Positions 28,255 through 40,990 of a stretch of DNA of 64,000 nucleotides are shown in pieces. The position numbers were made by a program, and so were the translations under genes. The stretch lies in the NCBI GenBank assembly GCA_951406725.2, contig OX597822.1, forward strand, positions 24,800,001-24,864,000, written 5' to 3'. Below the pieces are notes generated by a model, which saw nothing but the letters and a program-made list of their open reading frames with translations, did no database searches and was not told where the DNA came from. The stretch is from Octopus vulgaris. Taxonomy: Eukaryota. Position 1 is the first letter of the stretch. Each line of letters opens with the position of its first letter.

Positions 28255-29233
28255 CACTTAATGACTTTCTTAGCAATGAAATAAATAAAACAATAACAAA
28301 CAAAACATTAAAAGATATCTTGAAAAGAAACCCCTAGACATTTGAATGATTCAGAAAAGATGAAAGTGGATTGAATGAAAAGTGTTGGTAAAAATTCAGT
28401 AAATGTTGAAAACAAAATGACATGATTACATGAAATAGAAGTTAATACTATGGATTTTATATAGAAAATTACACAAAAACATTAATTAATAAAGTAGCGT
28501 TATCAGTACCTCTTTAGTATATTTTTGGTATGTCACCATAGTTTACTGTATATATGGATATATATATATATATATATATGTATGTGTATGTGTGAAGATA
28601 TGTGTATATATTTTAGTATGCCGATATTTCAAATGGTAGTCAACTGTAACAGCTTGCCAAGCCACACACACCCACACACACCCACATGCATCAAAAGAAC
28701 GGTTACTATATGAAAAGGGCAAATGTTGATATATATTAACAGCCAATCGTTTTATTTTGATATATTCATCAGCTGTTAGAAACAGATTTTGAATATACAT
28801 ACTGGACATAGAGAGAGAGAGAGAGAAAAAGAGAGAGAGAGAGAGAGAGCATGCAGAAACAAAAGCAGTTTTGTTTTTGTTTCAATGGCAAGCCGGAAAA
28901 AGCAGGAAGAGTACATAGAAACTGCTGCTAACCAAATCAAACATCTGGAAGAGAAGTTGCAAGACACCAACTGTTTGATTGGGCGGTTATTTTCAAAAAT
29001 AATAACTGTAATATATTTCATTTGACAGAGATGGATTATATCAGATTTTTTTTTTATTTTACTTTATTTATTCTCTATTGGAATATCAATACATAATCTA
29101 ATTGAGTCTCTGGAAGAATACCAGATTAATTGATACCAGATTGTTTTTCGTATATTCTTGAGGATATTCATTTTCAACATAATTTCACTGTTTTCGAGAG
29201 AGAGACTTATACAGCTTTTAAATATTGAGAAAT

Positions 29234-29678
29234 GGGTGTGTGCTTAAGAACTTTGTTTCCCAACCACATGACTTTGGGCTCAATCCTACTGTGTGAGACC
29301 TTGGACAACTTCAACTGTAGTCCTGGCTGCCAACTAAAGAAGCCTTGTGAGTGGATTTAGAAGATGGAAACTGAAAAAAAAATCTGTCAAATATGTGTAT
29401 ATATGCATATATATGTGTATGTGCCTGTGTGTCTGTTGCTGTGTGTCTGTGGCCAGTCTTGTGTTGACATCATGTGATTACTATAAATGAGAGTCACTGT
29501 TATATTAGCAGTGTCTCTAATCTTCAATGAAAACATGGACAACTATGAGGAAATATTACCTTGGTGAGGGCTGGTGACAGAAAGGGCATCTAGCCATAGA
29601 AAGACAGCTTCAACAAATTCCATCTGACCCTTACAAGCATGGGGATAAAATGGACATTAAAACGACGATGATGATGTT
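29234..29678 (+). mobile_element. Chimeric SINE: family A head with (GAT)n-ending family C tail
   Basis: 5' part matches family A (gccttgtgagtggatt...ggaaactgaaa); 3' part matches aagggcatctagcc...tggacattaaaacgacgatgatgatg. Confidence 0.6.
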
Positions 29679-29687
29679 GAGGACAAA

Positions 29688-30076
29688 CAGTTTTCAAACT
29701 TATATTATTGTGACACCTTTAACATAGAACCCACTCATACTATTTAGTATTTTACAGACGATTTTCACTGCCCAAATATTAATAAGGTTTTAAATGAAAC
29801 AATATTCATAAATCAGAAACCAGTGCAGGACTGATGACTTATGGAAACATTTCTTTTTTATCAGGTTCAAAATTTTCAAAGAATGGAATAAACTACTTAT
29901 GTTGTGTTTTAGCTGTCAGGATGTTACATCCTTCAAAAATTCCATGCTTCTTGAAATTAACCATTTTTAAATAAAATAAATTTTCATAAAATTTTTTAAG
30001 AGGTAACTTATCTTGTGGAACCTGACAATTTTTTTTATGGGGCTCAGGAACTCATTAGGACCCAGTTTGGAAACTG
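29688..30076. mobile_element. Possible old hAT-like MITE
   Basis: Terminal cagttttcaaact / agtttggaaactg (12 of 13 match); no target duplication seen. Confidence 0.35.
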
Positions 30077-30572
30077 TCGGAAAAAAGTTGAAATATAGTA
30101 TTCTCCACTGTTTTACATCAACTTTTTGATGTCTTCATGGTTATTTGTTATCAAAACAGTTAATGTTTTTACTGCTAGATAGATTTCCTAATGCTAACCA
30201 GTTAATCCCAATGTAGCAATGAAACAGGTTGTTGATCAAGCAAAATGAAGTAAGCATGTGCTTCGCCCAAGGACAAAAAATAACATTAAGAAAAGTTTGA
30301 ATTCATGACCATGAAGTTTGTTATTTGTCACCTGAAACTCATAATGCAAGTCTTTACTGCATTAATGACTTACTTTCAATTCATTGGTTTACAATTATAA
30401 AAAATTATGTATTGTGAACTAAAACGGAAAATAATAACTAAGTAGAACTAAATGATTATCAAGATTCCAAACAATAATCCTTTATCCTTAGAAAATTAGT
30501 TCAGTTGGGGAAAAAAAGACAGTAATCTTTAAAATCTACATAGAAATTCAACAACAACAACACGCATGTGCG

Positions 30573-30608
<36 letters not shown>

Positions 30609-31919
30609 TACACACACACACTTCTATCAAAGCTGAAAAAATTTCAAAAACTGCTAGTCAGAGTTTTATGTGACTGATCACCTGGCAGTTGTGATGATAC
30701 AGACTAGTAAAGAAATTTTGGGGGTTTTATTAAATAGCATTCTATTCTACCTTTTGTATTTTAGTACTACTTTTTCCACCTTATTTTATGCCTATGTGCC
30801 CACTTGTGTGTGTGTGTGTGAAGGATAATGACAAAGCTATTTAACTAAATTCTTCAATATTTTCAAAATTAATTAAAACAAAGGCAGTGTATTTCAAGAG
30901 AAATATAGAAAGGAAAGGATTAAAGAAACAGTACATCAATTATATATTCTAGATCTAAATTAGCACTTCACTCACAAATCCTTGCCACTACCTTCAAATC
31001 AACTATGCTGTGTTGCATGATATCATGTTAAGTAGCTAGCTTTCTACTTGGTGTTAACTGCCCAGTATAGGGCTTGTTCTAGGTTTATTAGAATTTGAGA
31101 ACATAATCCTGTAAAAAGTTGCTAAAAGGATTGTTTGATTGAAGACCTGAGTGATGTAATTGATAAGTATATCAAATGGAAGTTCTATTCATGACTAAAA
31201 TAATGAATGAGAGGAAGAAATAAGGGAAATGGGAGGGGGTGCAAAATGACCTAATGAATACATGCTGACATGTGGTGAATCATCAAGGGTTTTATGGGTT
31301 AATATGCTGTCCTGTTAAGCATAATTTCAGAGAAGAAAACAAAACAAAGTTGGAAAAAAAAAAATCAATAATACAGAGATGTCGGAACCATGCCATCATC
31401 ATAAAAATTTATGTAAAATCAATGATAATGCAAGTTTTATTTGGAATATGCATCAAATTGTAAGCATTACCTACAGAACAGCTGAACTCAGCTATATATT
31501 ATGTAAAAAACGAAGGCTGAATTTTCAATGAGATAGACTGGAGTAGATTTTTCTCTATATGATGTTGTGAGGTAAATAGAAAATTTGTCAACTCAACATC
31601 TTGCATGATAAAGTTGTTTTAGTTAGTGAAATTTTTGTTATAACCAGATTCCTTTATTATTCCTAACTACTCATCAGTGAAATAGGAGTAGAACAGTTTT
31701 CTGTTTTTTGTCAGTTAGGCAAACTGGTGAAAAATAACTATGTTTTATTTGCAAGATTATAGTAAAATTTGAACTTATGACCATATAGTTTGCATGTAGT
31801 TCAGCCAGTAGCATAAGTTCACAGATATAGTACTTCCAAATATAGAGGAAAAAAAAATGAACAAAACAAAAACAAAACAAAACAAAGTTAGAAAAAATAC
31901 CATATATATATATATATTT

Positions 31920-32322
31920 ATTACTCTTTTTACTTGTTTCAGTCAGTTGACTGTAGCCATGCTGGAGCACTGCCTTTAGTCGAGCAAATCGACCCCAGGA
32001 CTTATTCTTTTGTAAGCCTAGTACTTATTCTGTCAGTCTCTTTTGCTGAACCACCAAGTTACAGGGATACGAACACACCAGCATCGGTTGTTAAGCGATG
32101 TTGGGGGGGACAAACACAGGCACACAAACATATACACACACACATACATATATATACACATATATATGACAGGCTTCTTTCAGTTTCCATTTACCAAATC
32201 CACTCACAAGGCTTTGGTCAGCCCGAGGCTATAGTAGAAGACACTTGCCCAAGGTGCTACGCAGTGGGACTGAACCCGGAACCATGTGGTTCATAAGCAA
32301 GCTACTTACCACACAGCCACTC

Positions 32323-32324
<2 letters not shown>
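31920..32324 (-). mobile_element. tRNA-derived SINE family A, full-length copy
   Basis: Minus strand begins AGGAGTGGCTGTGTGGTAAGTAGCTTGCTTATGAACCACATGGTTCCGGGTTCAGTCCC; colinear with 47057-47505. Confidence 0.9.
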
Positions 32325-32353
<29 letters not shown>

Positions 32354-33839
32354 TGATATTTAGCAACATGCCAAGTCAGCAACAATTAAAAAACAACTGC
32401 ACTTTTGCTTAGTTTTAGTTTATAAAGATTTTTGCTGTTTTGGTTTTTAAGAAAGAATATTCATTGTCAAAAAGAAATAAAATAAAAAAATATTATACAT
32501 ATACAAGAGTTTTACCAATCACATGACAGGTAACTTTGGAAGTATACCTTTGCCACCATGGGTAATATCAATAAATGTACATTTTTATAATTATACTTTT
32601 ATCAAATGCATTGATGCTTATGCAAAATGATGAAATGAATACCCAAGGTGGCCGTGGTTGATAAGAGACTGCAGGTAGAACCCTTCTGCAGGTGAAGACT
32701 AATTCAGTCCTCACTGCCCAAATCAAGTGAAGTATCCAGGCTTAGAGGGAAGCACATGGCCTGAGATACCTGCTGATGTTACAGGAAAGTTTCTGACTTT
32801 GCTATGGATTCAGAAAAAGAGCCTGCAGTACCTCTGAGCAGCTCCTACAGTTTCTGCCTGGGACAAAGTGGCTGTGGTGCTTATTTCATCTATTAGCTTT
32901 AAATTAAATAAAACAACTTTATTGTGTGTATAACTCTTCCCATGACTACTCTGTCACTTAGTCTCACTTCTCCAGCTTCTGCCACCAAGCCTATTATGTG
33001 CACTCATCCTGCATCATTCTCTTTCTCCCTCACTATAGTGTAAAGCGTGATTGGAGAAATCAATCAACTAACATTTATAGTAGTTATTATATAGAAATAA
33101 TAGCAGCAGTCTGTGTTTAATACTATCATCACAGAGATGAGAGAGAGAGAGGGGGGAGAAAGAGGAACTGAGTGAGTGAATGAGCTTTGTAACAGATTTC
33201 TCCTAAATGCCTAATTTCTGTTTGGTTTGTTTTTAATGGTCTACGAACTATTACATACACACAGAAAAAAGGACCTGCTAGTTTTAATTTTAAAAAACTT
33301 AAGGCCTATGATATTTTGAAAATCAGTTCTTTTACAATAAAAAGACTGCAACTAGTAACTAGTAATCACAAAACACACCCGGTAATATACCTACATTATA
33401 TAACAATGATTACAATGTCAATAGGTGTATGATATCACGGAGACGAAGGAGAGATAACATTTTTCAAAGTCTGTTGTTACAAAATACCAAGGTTTCCACC
33501 CACTGCAATTCAAATATTTTGTACTTGTTATTACTCTCAACAAAACACTTTGAAACATAAACTGTTTAAGAGATAGGTGTATATGTTTTATTGTTTACTT
33601 GTTTCAGTTGTTAGACTGTAACCGTGACCATGCTGGGGCATTGCCTTGAAAAAACTTAGTTGAATGAATCGACCCCAGAACTTTTTTTTTTTTTGTTTTT
33701 AAAGCTTAGTACTTATTCTATCAGTGACTTTTGCTGAACTGCTAAATTACAGGGATGTAAACACACCAACACCAGTTGTCAAGTGATGGTGGGGGGTAAG
33801 CACAGACACAAAGACACACACACATGTATACATATATTT

Positions 33840-33995
33840 TTTTTTCTCTCCTTGTTTTTTCTGTGCCCCTTTCTGTAGAAGAGCGTAAGCTCGAAACGTA
33901 AAAGACTTTTTCTGTTCCTGAGCGTTATACTAATACATCTGTTTGTTTTGTACACCACTTGTCTTCATCTTTTGTTTTTTTTGTAAACTCTCCCT
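33840..33995 (+). mobile_element. Penelope-like retroelement end fragment (pseudo-LTR) nested in a SINE
   Basis: Carries the hammerhead-like GAAGAGCGTAAGCTCGAAACGT motif, ends in a (TA)n tract, interrupts the central microsatellite of a family A SINE, and has a diverged second copy at 19465-19635. Confidence 0.5.
33869..33904 (+). ncRNA. Variant minimal type I hammerhead-like motif within a Penelope-like end fragment
   Basis: cttt-CTGTAGA-a-gagc-gtaa-gctc-GAAA-cg-TA-aaag: stem I cttt/aaag, perfect stem II, palindromic ACGT in place of stem III. Core deviates from CUGANGA at one position and has one extra A. Confidence 0.45.
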
Positions 33996-34243
33996 ATATA
34001 TATATATAAAGATGGGCTTCTTTCAATTTCCATCCACTAAATCCACTCACAAGGCTTTGGTAAGCACAAAGCCCTTGCAGAAGACATTTGCTCAAGGTGT
34101 CACACAGTGGGACTGAATCTGAAACCATGTAGTTGGGAAGCAAAGTTCTTACCACACAACCATATCTGCTCCTATAAGCCACACCTATATCTTTTTATCC
34201 AAAGTAAATCTGAATTGCATATTTAACAAAGTAATTAATTTAA

Positions 34244-34460
34244 CCCTTTTAATACCAATTTATTTGAGACCTGGTTCTATAAAACATACTTCTTGCTTTA
34301 AAGTAATCTAAATTAAAATCTTCATTAAAAATTTCATGTTAATTTATTTTCCAAACATCAACTTAGTAATGAGAAAGTTATTTTACTAAATTTTTCAGTA
34401 TTTTCAAAAGCAAATGAAACAAAAGCGATGCATTTCAATATGAATATGGTAACAAAAGGC
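34244..34460 (+). mobile_element. TTAA-flanked piggyBac-type MITE family 2, copy 3
   Basis: TTAA-CCCTTTT...atggtaacaaaaggc-TTAA; homologous to the other copies. Further fragments near 30820-30922, 38460-38960 and 51330-51520 (inverted). Confidence 0.75.
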
Positions 34461-35457
34461 TTAAAATTTGGGGGTCAAGACCTCAATGAAATTGTCCCTT
34501 AATTTATTTCACCATTAAAGGGGATAATATTCAAAGATCAATAACAAGACTATTTAATTATAGCCTTTTAAAATACTGCACAGCCAGGATATATATTTTA
34601 ATATTGATTTCTTTTGATTCAATACAATTCTTTGTAAGGAAGAGAATAGAAGTAACCAATTTATATATTATTATTAGTATACTATCAATAAACTCTGTAT
34701 ATTATCAATACTTATTTTATTGATATGGGAAAATAAAGCTGCAAAGTTGATAACCAAAGGTTTGACTAAAGATTACTGAAACAACAAACTTATAATGGCT
34801 AGGTACTCCCTTCACCGTCTCAATTATTCCTACCAAGAAAATTAAATGTGAGAACATTTATACATTCTAAGCCACCACTTCTGCTGTTAACACCACCATC
34901 TTACAACCACTTCCTGTGCCAGCATTGATCAAGTTGGGCTCAGTATGATCTGAAGATATGGAAGATGATATCATGTTTCAATGTCTTGATTCTGCCCCTT
35001 TCTATGACTTGATGCCCTTCCAAATGCCAATACCATTACAGATGGTACTGGGTGCATCTTTTAATGGCACCAGCACTAGAGAGGTTATCTTGCACTCTGG
35101 AAAGACTGAAGAGACCTTTCGACCTTACTTTGTCTCTTACCAATATACCACCCACCTTAAAGAGTGTACCAATTTTAAAAATCTCTTCATGGTTCAGCAC
35201 CAGGAAGATTGCTTTGTAATTTACAAGATCAAAGAATGTTTGGAATGCTTGAATGAGATGTGTATTCTGAAAATTACATAGCAGGCCATTGTTCTAGTAG
35301 CACAGCGCCTCTGAATAAAGAAGAACTGATACAGAGTAAAGAGAACTGATTACTCTGGTTTGCAATGGTCAATATCTCTAGTGTCAGTGACATCATGAAT
35401 AACACTCAGTACATTCTGTAAAGTGGTTGATGACAGTCATAGGAATCGTGCTAAAAG

Positions 35458-35770
35458 ATCATCATTATCATCGTTTAATGTCCGTTTTCCATGCTAGCAT
35501 GGGTTGGACGGTTTGACTGGTGTCTGGGAAGCCAGGAGGCTGCACTAGGCCCAGTCTGATCTGGCAGTGTTTCTACAGCTGGATGCCCTTCCTAACATCA
35601 ACCACTCCGTGAGTGTAGTGGGTGCTTTTTACGTGCCAGGCGAGGCTGGCAATGGCCACGATCAGTTGGTGCTTTTGATGTGCCACCAGCACGGAGGCCA
35701 GTCGGGGTGGCACTGGCAACAGCCACATTCGGATGGTTCTTTTACGTGCCACCGGCACTGGTACCACAAC
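35458..35770 (-). mobile_element. Retroposon family C copy
   Basis: Highly similar to 4332-4640. Older copies at 10495-10640, 25690-25960, 36696-36830 (minus) and 19960-20075, 36983-37125, 41760-41990 (plus). Confidence 0.88.
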
Positions 35771-36569
35771 TTCCAAGATGGAATGTATAAACAACACATG
35801 GACTTTGCAAGCCACATTGCAGGCTACTTGTCTAATTAGGCAGTAAATCAAAGAAAATATGATGTACAGGTAGTGCTAGATTAAAATATGGGCCTTAAGA
35901 AGTACAACCCAAGGGTATCTGCCAGCCAGAGGTCTCTCAGAAATTAAGTGAAATGTTATCGAAAATATCACTGGGAGTCTCACAGCATTTGTCGTGACAT
36001 GGGGTCCTACAGAAAAAAAATCTTAATCCAGATTTATGCAAATAGTGGTAACTATCTAATACATGTTAGCATGGCAAAAACAAATGTAGACAGAGAATGC
36101 GTATGTGTGTGAGAGAGAGAGAGAGCATGTGCACATGAAAACTCAAAGCAAATATTCAGCCAAATTATTTGTAGCACATTGGATACAAAATGAAAATATT
36201 TTTTGAACTGGTTCTTAGAAACCATTATAGTTGATGTTATAAATAACGATTTCATAATTACATTATGAATTAATGTACTGCATTTCTTTCTGAAATTGGA
36301 GCTTATAATAGTCTAATAACTAAATTAGATATTGTTAAAATGAGATACTGCATAATTATATATAGAAAATGAATGGGTTTAGATTCATAAAAAAATTTTT
36401 TTTATTTTTTACTCTTTTTCATCTTCTGAACAGCGAACATTATTTTAACTTTTGCTGTTTATATTTCATTTCAAATGTAACAGATATATTTAAGAATCAA
36501 ATTAATAAAAGCTATTATTTTTTTCTTGGAATGGATATTGATTAGTTCTCTTAGCCTATACACCCCTAA

Positions 36570-36619
<50 letters not shown>

Positions 36620-38224
36620 GCAACAACAATAATGTGTAGGCATGTGTATGAGAGAGCATATGCACACACATATATTGAGTGCATCTGTAAATATATCATC
36701 CTCATCATCATTGTTTTAATATCCACTTTTCTATGTTTGAATAGAAGTTGGACAAACTTTATTGAAACAGATTTTCTATGTCTGGATACCCTTCCTGACA
36801 CCAATCCTCTCCTGTTTCCAGGAGATATTTCTTCATGGCCAGACACAGTTTTGCAGAATACTGAAAATAAATGACACAGCTTGTGTGACAGTGACACTCA
36901 TTTGCAACTATCATACAATGTCAAAACAAGGACACGGACACACAGATATACATACATATATGTACATGTGTGTGTATATATTTGGCATTAGGAAGGGCGT
37001 CCAGCCATAAAAACCATGACAAAACAGACAGTGAAGCGTGATGCAATCCTCTGGTTTGTTACCTCCTATAAAGCTGTCCAACCCACGCCAACATGGAAAA
37101 CGGAAATTAGATGATAATGAAGATGATATATATATATATATATGTGATGATGATATATATATATATATTATGCATGAGATCGTTTAATCACAGCTTACAA
37201 CACTCATAACATATAGTTCCCATTCAAAATAAGCTTTGGCCAGCTTGCTGTAATTTACTGTTGATTATTAATAAATTGATTTACTTACAACCTCTCAATA
37301 TGTATCTATGATCTCACTGTATGAATGATTAATTTACAGAGTATGTATTGTTAATGGTTCCTTTTCAGCTGCTAACAAAATTGAACAGGAAACCACAGCC
37401 GATAAAAGTGCCTCAACTTAAATCTTTTCATAAGTTGTTACCTCCTGAAATGTTTTCATAGCTACTTATTATATAATCTATTATTTCCGTTAATAACAAA
37501 CAATAAACTCTTTCTTTTTGTCTGTCCATCTGCCAGTAAGATATTAACTATACTACTGTCTCAAGTAAGCATATACTGTGATAGCACATTATAGTATATT
37601 GTTACATAATACAAAATACTTGTTCAAATCTCAAACAAGCCCTGATATTTTTTGATAAGTCGTATAGTCTAGTGGTTGGGATCTTAAAACATATAAAGCA
37701 GTGAACAAAATGTCATATGATTTTAATTGTTGATAAAGAGTTGATAAAATAAAGTAGCTGACAAGTTACTGGTATCCAAACTCTTTTGGCCTTGTTCCCA
37801 ATGATAGAAATCAATATTATGTATGTACTTCCATAATTAGCAACTGATAAAATTATGCTAAAAACTCTGACTAATCCCTTTAAGACAGTGTCCCAGGATG
37901 GCCACTGTCCAAAGACGGAAACAAGTAAAAGATAAAAGAAAGATTGATTCCTAAACTGTAACTAGATAGATTACTTGAGTTTAAAAAAGGACGTTGTGAC
38001 AATTTTGACATAGATGTCTATCTACTCCGACTTTGTAATCAGTATCAAACGAGCTGTGTAGATATGTAGATAGTATCACTTAGCAACTCGTTAACATCTG
38101 TATCATATCATCTACATATTAATTTGTTTTATTTTGTTACCATACCGATATAGTGGATGCAGTTCGCTTAACCTTTTTTTTTGCATTAAACCACCTATGG
38201 TTTTCCTATACAAAATTCTCCAAT

Positions 38225-38460
38225 CTTATTTCTTTACTGCCCACAAGGGGCTACACACAGAGGGGACAAACAAGGACAAACAAACAGATTAAGTCGATTA
38301 CATCGACTCCAGTGCGTAACTGGTACTTATTTAATCAACCCCGAAAGGATGAAAGGCAAAGTCAACCTCGGTGGAATTTGAACTCAGAATGTAGTAGCAG
38401 ATGAAATACCACTAAGCATTTCGCCTGGTGTACTAACGATTCTGCCAGCTCACCACCTAA
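38225..38460 (-). mobile_element. SINE family B, subfamily with gggacaaacaaggac tail
   Basis: Reverse-complement match to 42263-42500 including the distinctive 3' region. Confidence 0.88.
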
Positions 38461-39839
38461 AGTGTTCATAGTTAAAATAAAATCCGTCAGTCAAAATTTA
38501 ATGTAAGAACCTTTTGTAAATTTATGTTCCAAACACCATCTTAATCCTTTTGATATCAACATGTCTGCGACCATCCCTCATGCTATATTGCAACTCTATT
38601 TAAAAGTGCTTTAAATTAAAACCTCACATTAAAATATCCTGTTCCAAACACCACCTTGATAGCATTTTACTAATTTTGGCATATGACCAGGAATTTTGAA
38701 GTGAGGGGTAAGTCAATTACATTGACCCCCTCTCAAGTTAGGCAAAGTCAACTTTAGCAGTATTTGAACTCAGATTGCAAAAAGCTTTAAGAATTGCTGC
38801 AAAGCATTTCTATCTGACAGTAGCAATTCTCTCACCTCAAATGACAATGTTATTCCATTTATTCCAAAATTAATTGAAACAATGGCAATGAATTTCAACA
38901 GAAATACAACTACAAAATGGACAGTAATGACAAAACCAGCTATTTTGCTAAATCTCTGAATATTCTTGATTATAAAAAAATTAATCAAAACATAGCCAGA
39001 ATATTTCAGGGAGGTGTTAAATATTAACTTTAGTTGTGTGCAGAGCAGTTTTGTGTACACTTTCTAGTGAATCAGTATTTTATAGATCTGAATATATTTG
39101 CTTTCACAATAAAGCTCCAAGCCAACCATTAAGTTTTATTGTAAACAATGTTTGTCCTGAATGTTTCCCTAACTTACTTTCTGAACAATTGTCAATTTGA
39201 ACATTTTTCACACCTGTACCTTTCATTAGTATCTTATTTTCAATTTTGTTATGAGATTTCCAATTGAGCAAGCTTTATATTTCATTACCAGTCTCAAACA
39301 CGTTATAAGAAAACACCATTAAATTCATTATTTTCTCTGCAAATATAAGTGAATGTCAGTGTGAAGAGAAAAAAAATGGGAGGTGGCAGGGGGCAACAGA
39401 GGGATAAAAGGGTGAAAGAGGAGGGAAAGAGGCAAAGAGACTAATTAAATATTAGATTTCCTGCATCCTATTGGATTGTTGGGAGTAGCAAAGGTCCTTT
39501 TTCAAACTATATCCATGGGAAAGTTTGAGCACAGCTTTGCAAGCTAATGACATATGTATCAATTTAAAGCATTCTGATGGCTCTCATTTTTTAATCAGCA
39601 GACCACACTTCTCCATAGAATCTATATGCACACTTAAAGTAGAATGGAATGGCAAAATAAATATTAGCTGAAATGGTGAAGAGGTGTTAGAAGTTACAAA
39701 AATCTTTAGATGCTATTTCTGTGCAAGACTAGGAGGACCATAACAAAGAATGAACAGACAGGCTTGTATTTTTAAAAACAGGATTTTACACTATGTTGAG
39801 ATAAAGAAAGAGAGAAAAAAAAATCATGTCAATAACAGA

Positions 39840-40060
39840 GCCTCTATGTGGCAACTCAACGTGCAAGAAATAGCAGCCAAATCTCCCTCTAATTACACCC
39901 TAACAACCATCTTTAAAAAAGGAAACCTTCGCTGATGTTGTCATGGAGTTTCATGCATGTAAAGGAAAGAAAGGAAAGACAGGATAGTCATGGCTGAAAT
40001 ACCCATGATCATAAATCTTCATTGATCAGGGATGACCAGGGACAAAACAACAACTAAATC
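39840..40060 (+). repeat. Dispersed repeat family E (unclassified)
   Basis: Core caagaaatagcagccaaatctccctc recurs at 52830-53050, 55960-56190 (plus) and 18620-18770, 26260-26380 (minus). Confidence 0.7.
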
Positions 40061-40184
40061 TAAAGAAAATAAAGATGATGATGATGATGATACCAATGCC
40101 AAAGGCAATGACAAATCCATTTTATTGCAACTTTAACATAACAGGTTGATATCCTAATCTGAATTTATCATATATATATATATA

Positions 40185-40990
40185 TTGGGTCATCCCATAG
40201 ATAACAGTTTTTTCAATTGCATGAACTAAAAGTCAGAGGGGGTCAAGATAAACTACCTGCATCAACTTGCTATAAAAGCAGGTAGTAATTTTACCTTATT
40301 CATAGTGCAAGTTTTGAAGAGTGCAGTTCAATTTTAACATTTACTTTTTCAAAGCTATAATAGAAATGACAAAGGAGCTTATTTGGCATATTTTGCTTTA
40401 TGAGTTCAATAAAAGCAACAATGCAACAGAAAGTGCGAAGGATATTAAGGTGTTGTTATCTGTTTTGTGGGATATGAAAGGTTTAGTCCCTTTTGAACTT
40501 TTAAACCCAAAGCAAATGATAGCAAAAGAGATCTATGGAGAGCAGCTTGAGCAGCTGAAGTTAGTTGCTAGAAGAAAAATGACCATCTTTGGTTTTAAGC
40601 CAAAAGATGATCTTCCATCAGAATAATGCTCAGCCACATACAGTGAGGATGACATTCCAAAAGCTGGATGTGGCTGAATGGGAAACGATGCTCCACCCAC
40701 CATATTTGCTGGACATTACCCCATCTGATTATCATTTATTCTGCAGTCTTCAAAATCATTTGGATGGAAAAAATATGAATTCTGTAGATGCAGTCAGAAC
40801 AGTACTGGAGGAGTATTTTTCATCATGGACAAGTGAATTTTGGAAGAGGAGCCTTGCAAGTCTACCAGATAGATGGAAGTGCATTGTAGAAAATGAGGGA
40901 GAGTATATTTTAGATTAAAAAAGAACTTTATCTTAATTTTGAAAAATAAAAGAAGTATAAAAAACTCACATTATTTATGGGATGACCCAA
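40185..40990 (+). mobile_element. Internally deleted, non-autonomous mariner (Tc1/mariner) element, 806 bp
   Basis: 20-bp TIRs TTGGGTCATCCCATAGATAA / TTATTTATGGGATGACCCAA (1 mismatch) flanked by TA on both sides; contains transposase remnants. Confidence 0.93.
40365..40918 (+). pseudogene. Mariner transposase pseudogene (deleted, frameshifted)
   Basis: N-terminal MTKELIWHILLYEFNKSNNATESAKDI is fused directly to KVLLSVLWDMKGLVPFELL; after a frameshift FHQNNAQPH (consensus HDNARPH), HPPYLLDITPSDYHLF (consensus YSPDLAPSDYHLF) and LPDRWKCIVENEGEY. The first catalytic Asp region is missing and the second Asp is Asn. Confidence 0.9.

Larger units (their letters stand above)
33586..34173 (-). mobile_element. 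SINE family A copy interrupted by a Penelope-like fragment
   Basis: Head at 34173 and tail near 33586 align with 31920-32324; 33840-33995 is an unrelated insert. Confidence 0.8.

Noticed and set aside
29826-29858. agga-CTGATGA-cttatg-GAAA-ca-tt-tctt hammerhead-like string
   Set aside because: Stem II is a single inverted C-G pair and stem III is unsupported; expected by chance.
31934-32296. ORFs ending in EDTCPRC..VGLNPEPCGS here and at 47089-47514
   Set aside because: Translations of the antisense strand of SINE family A, not genes.
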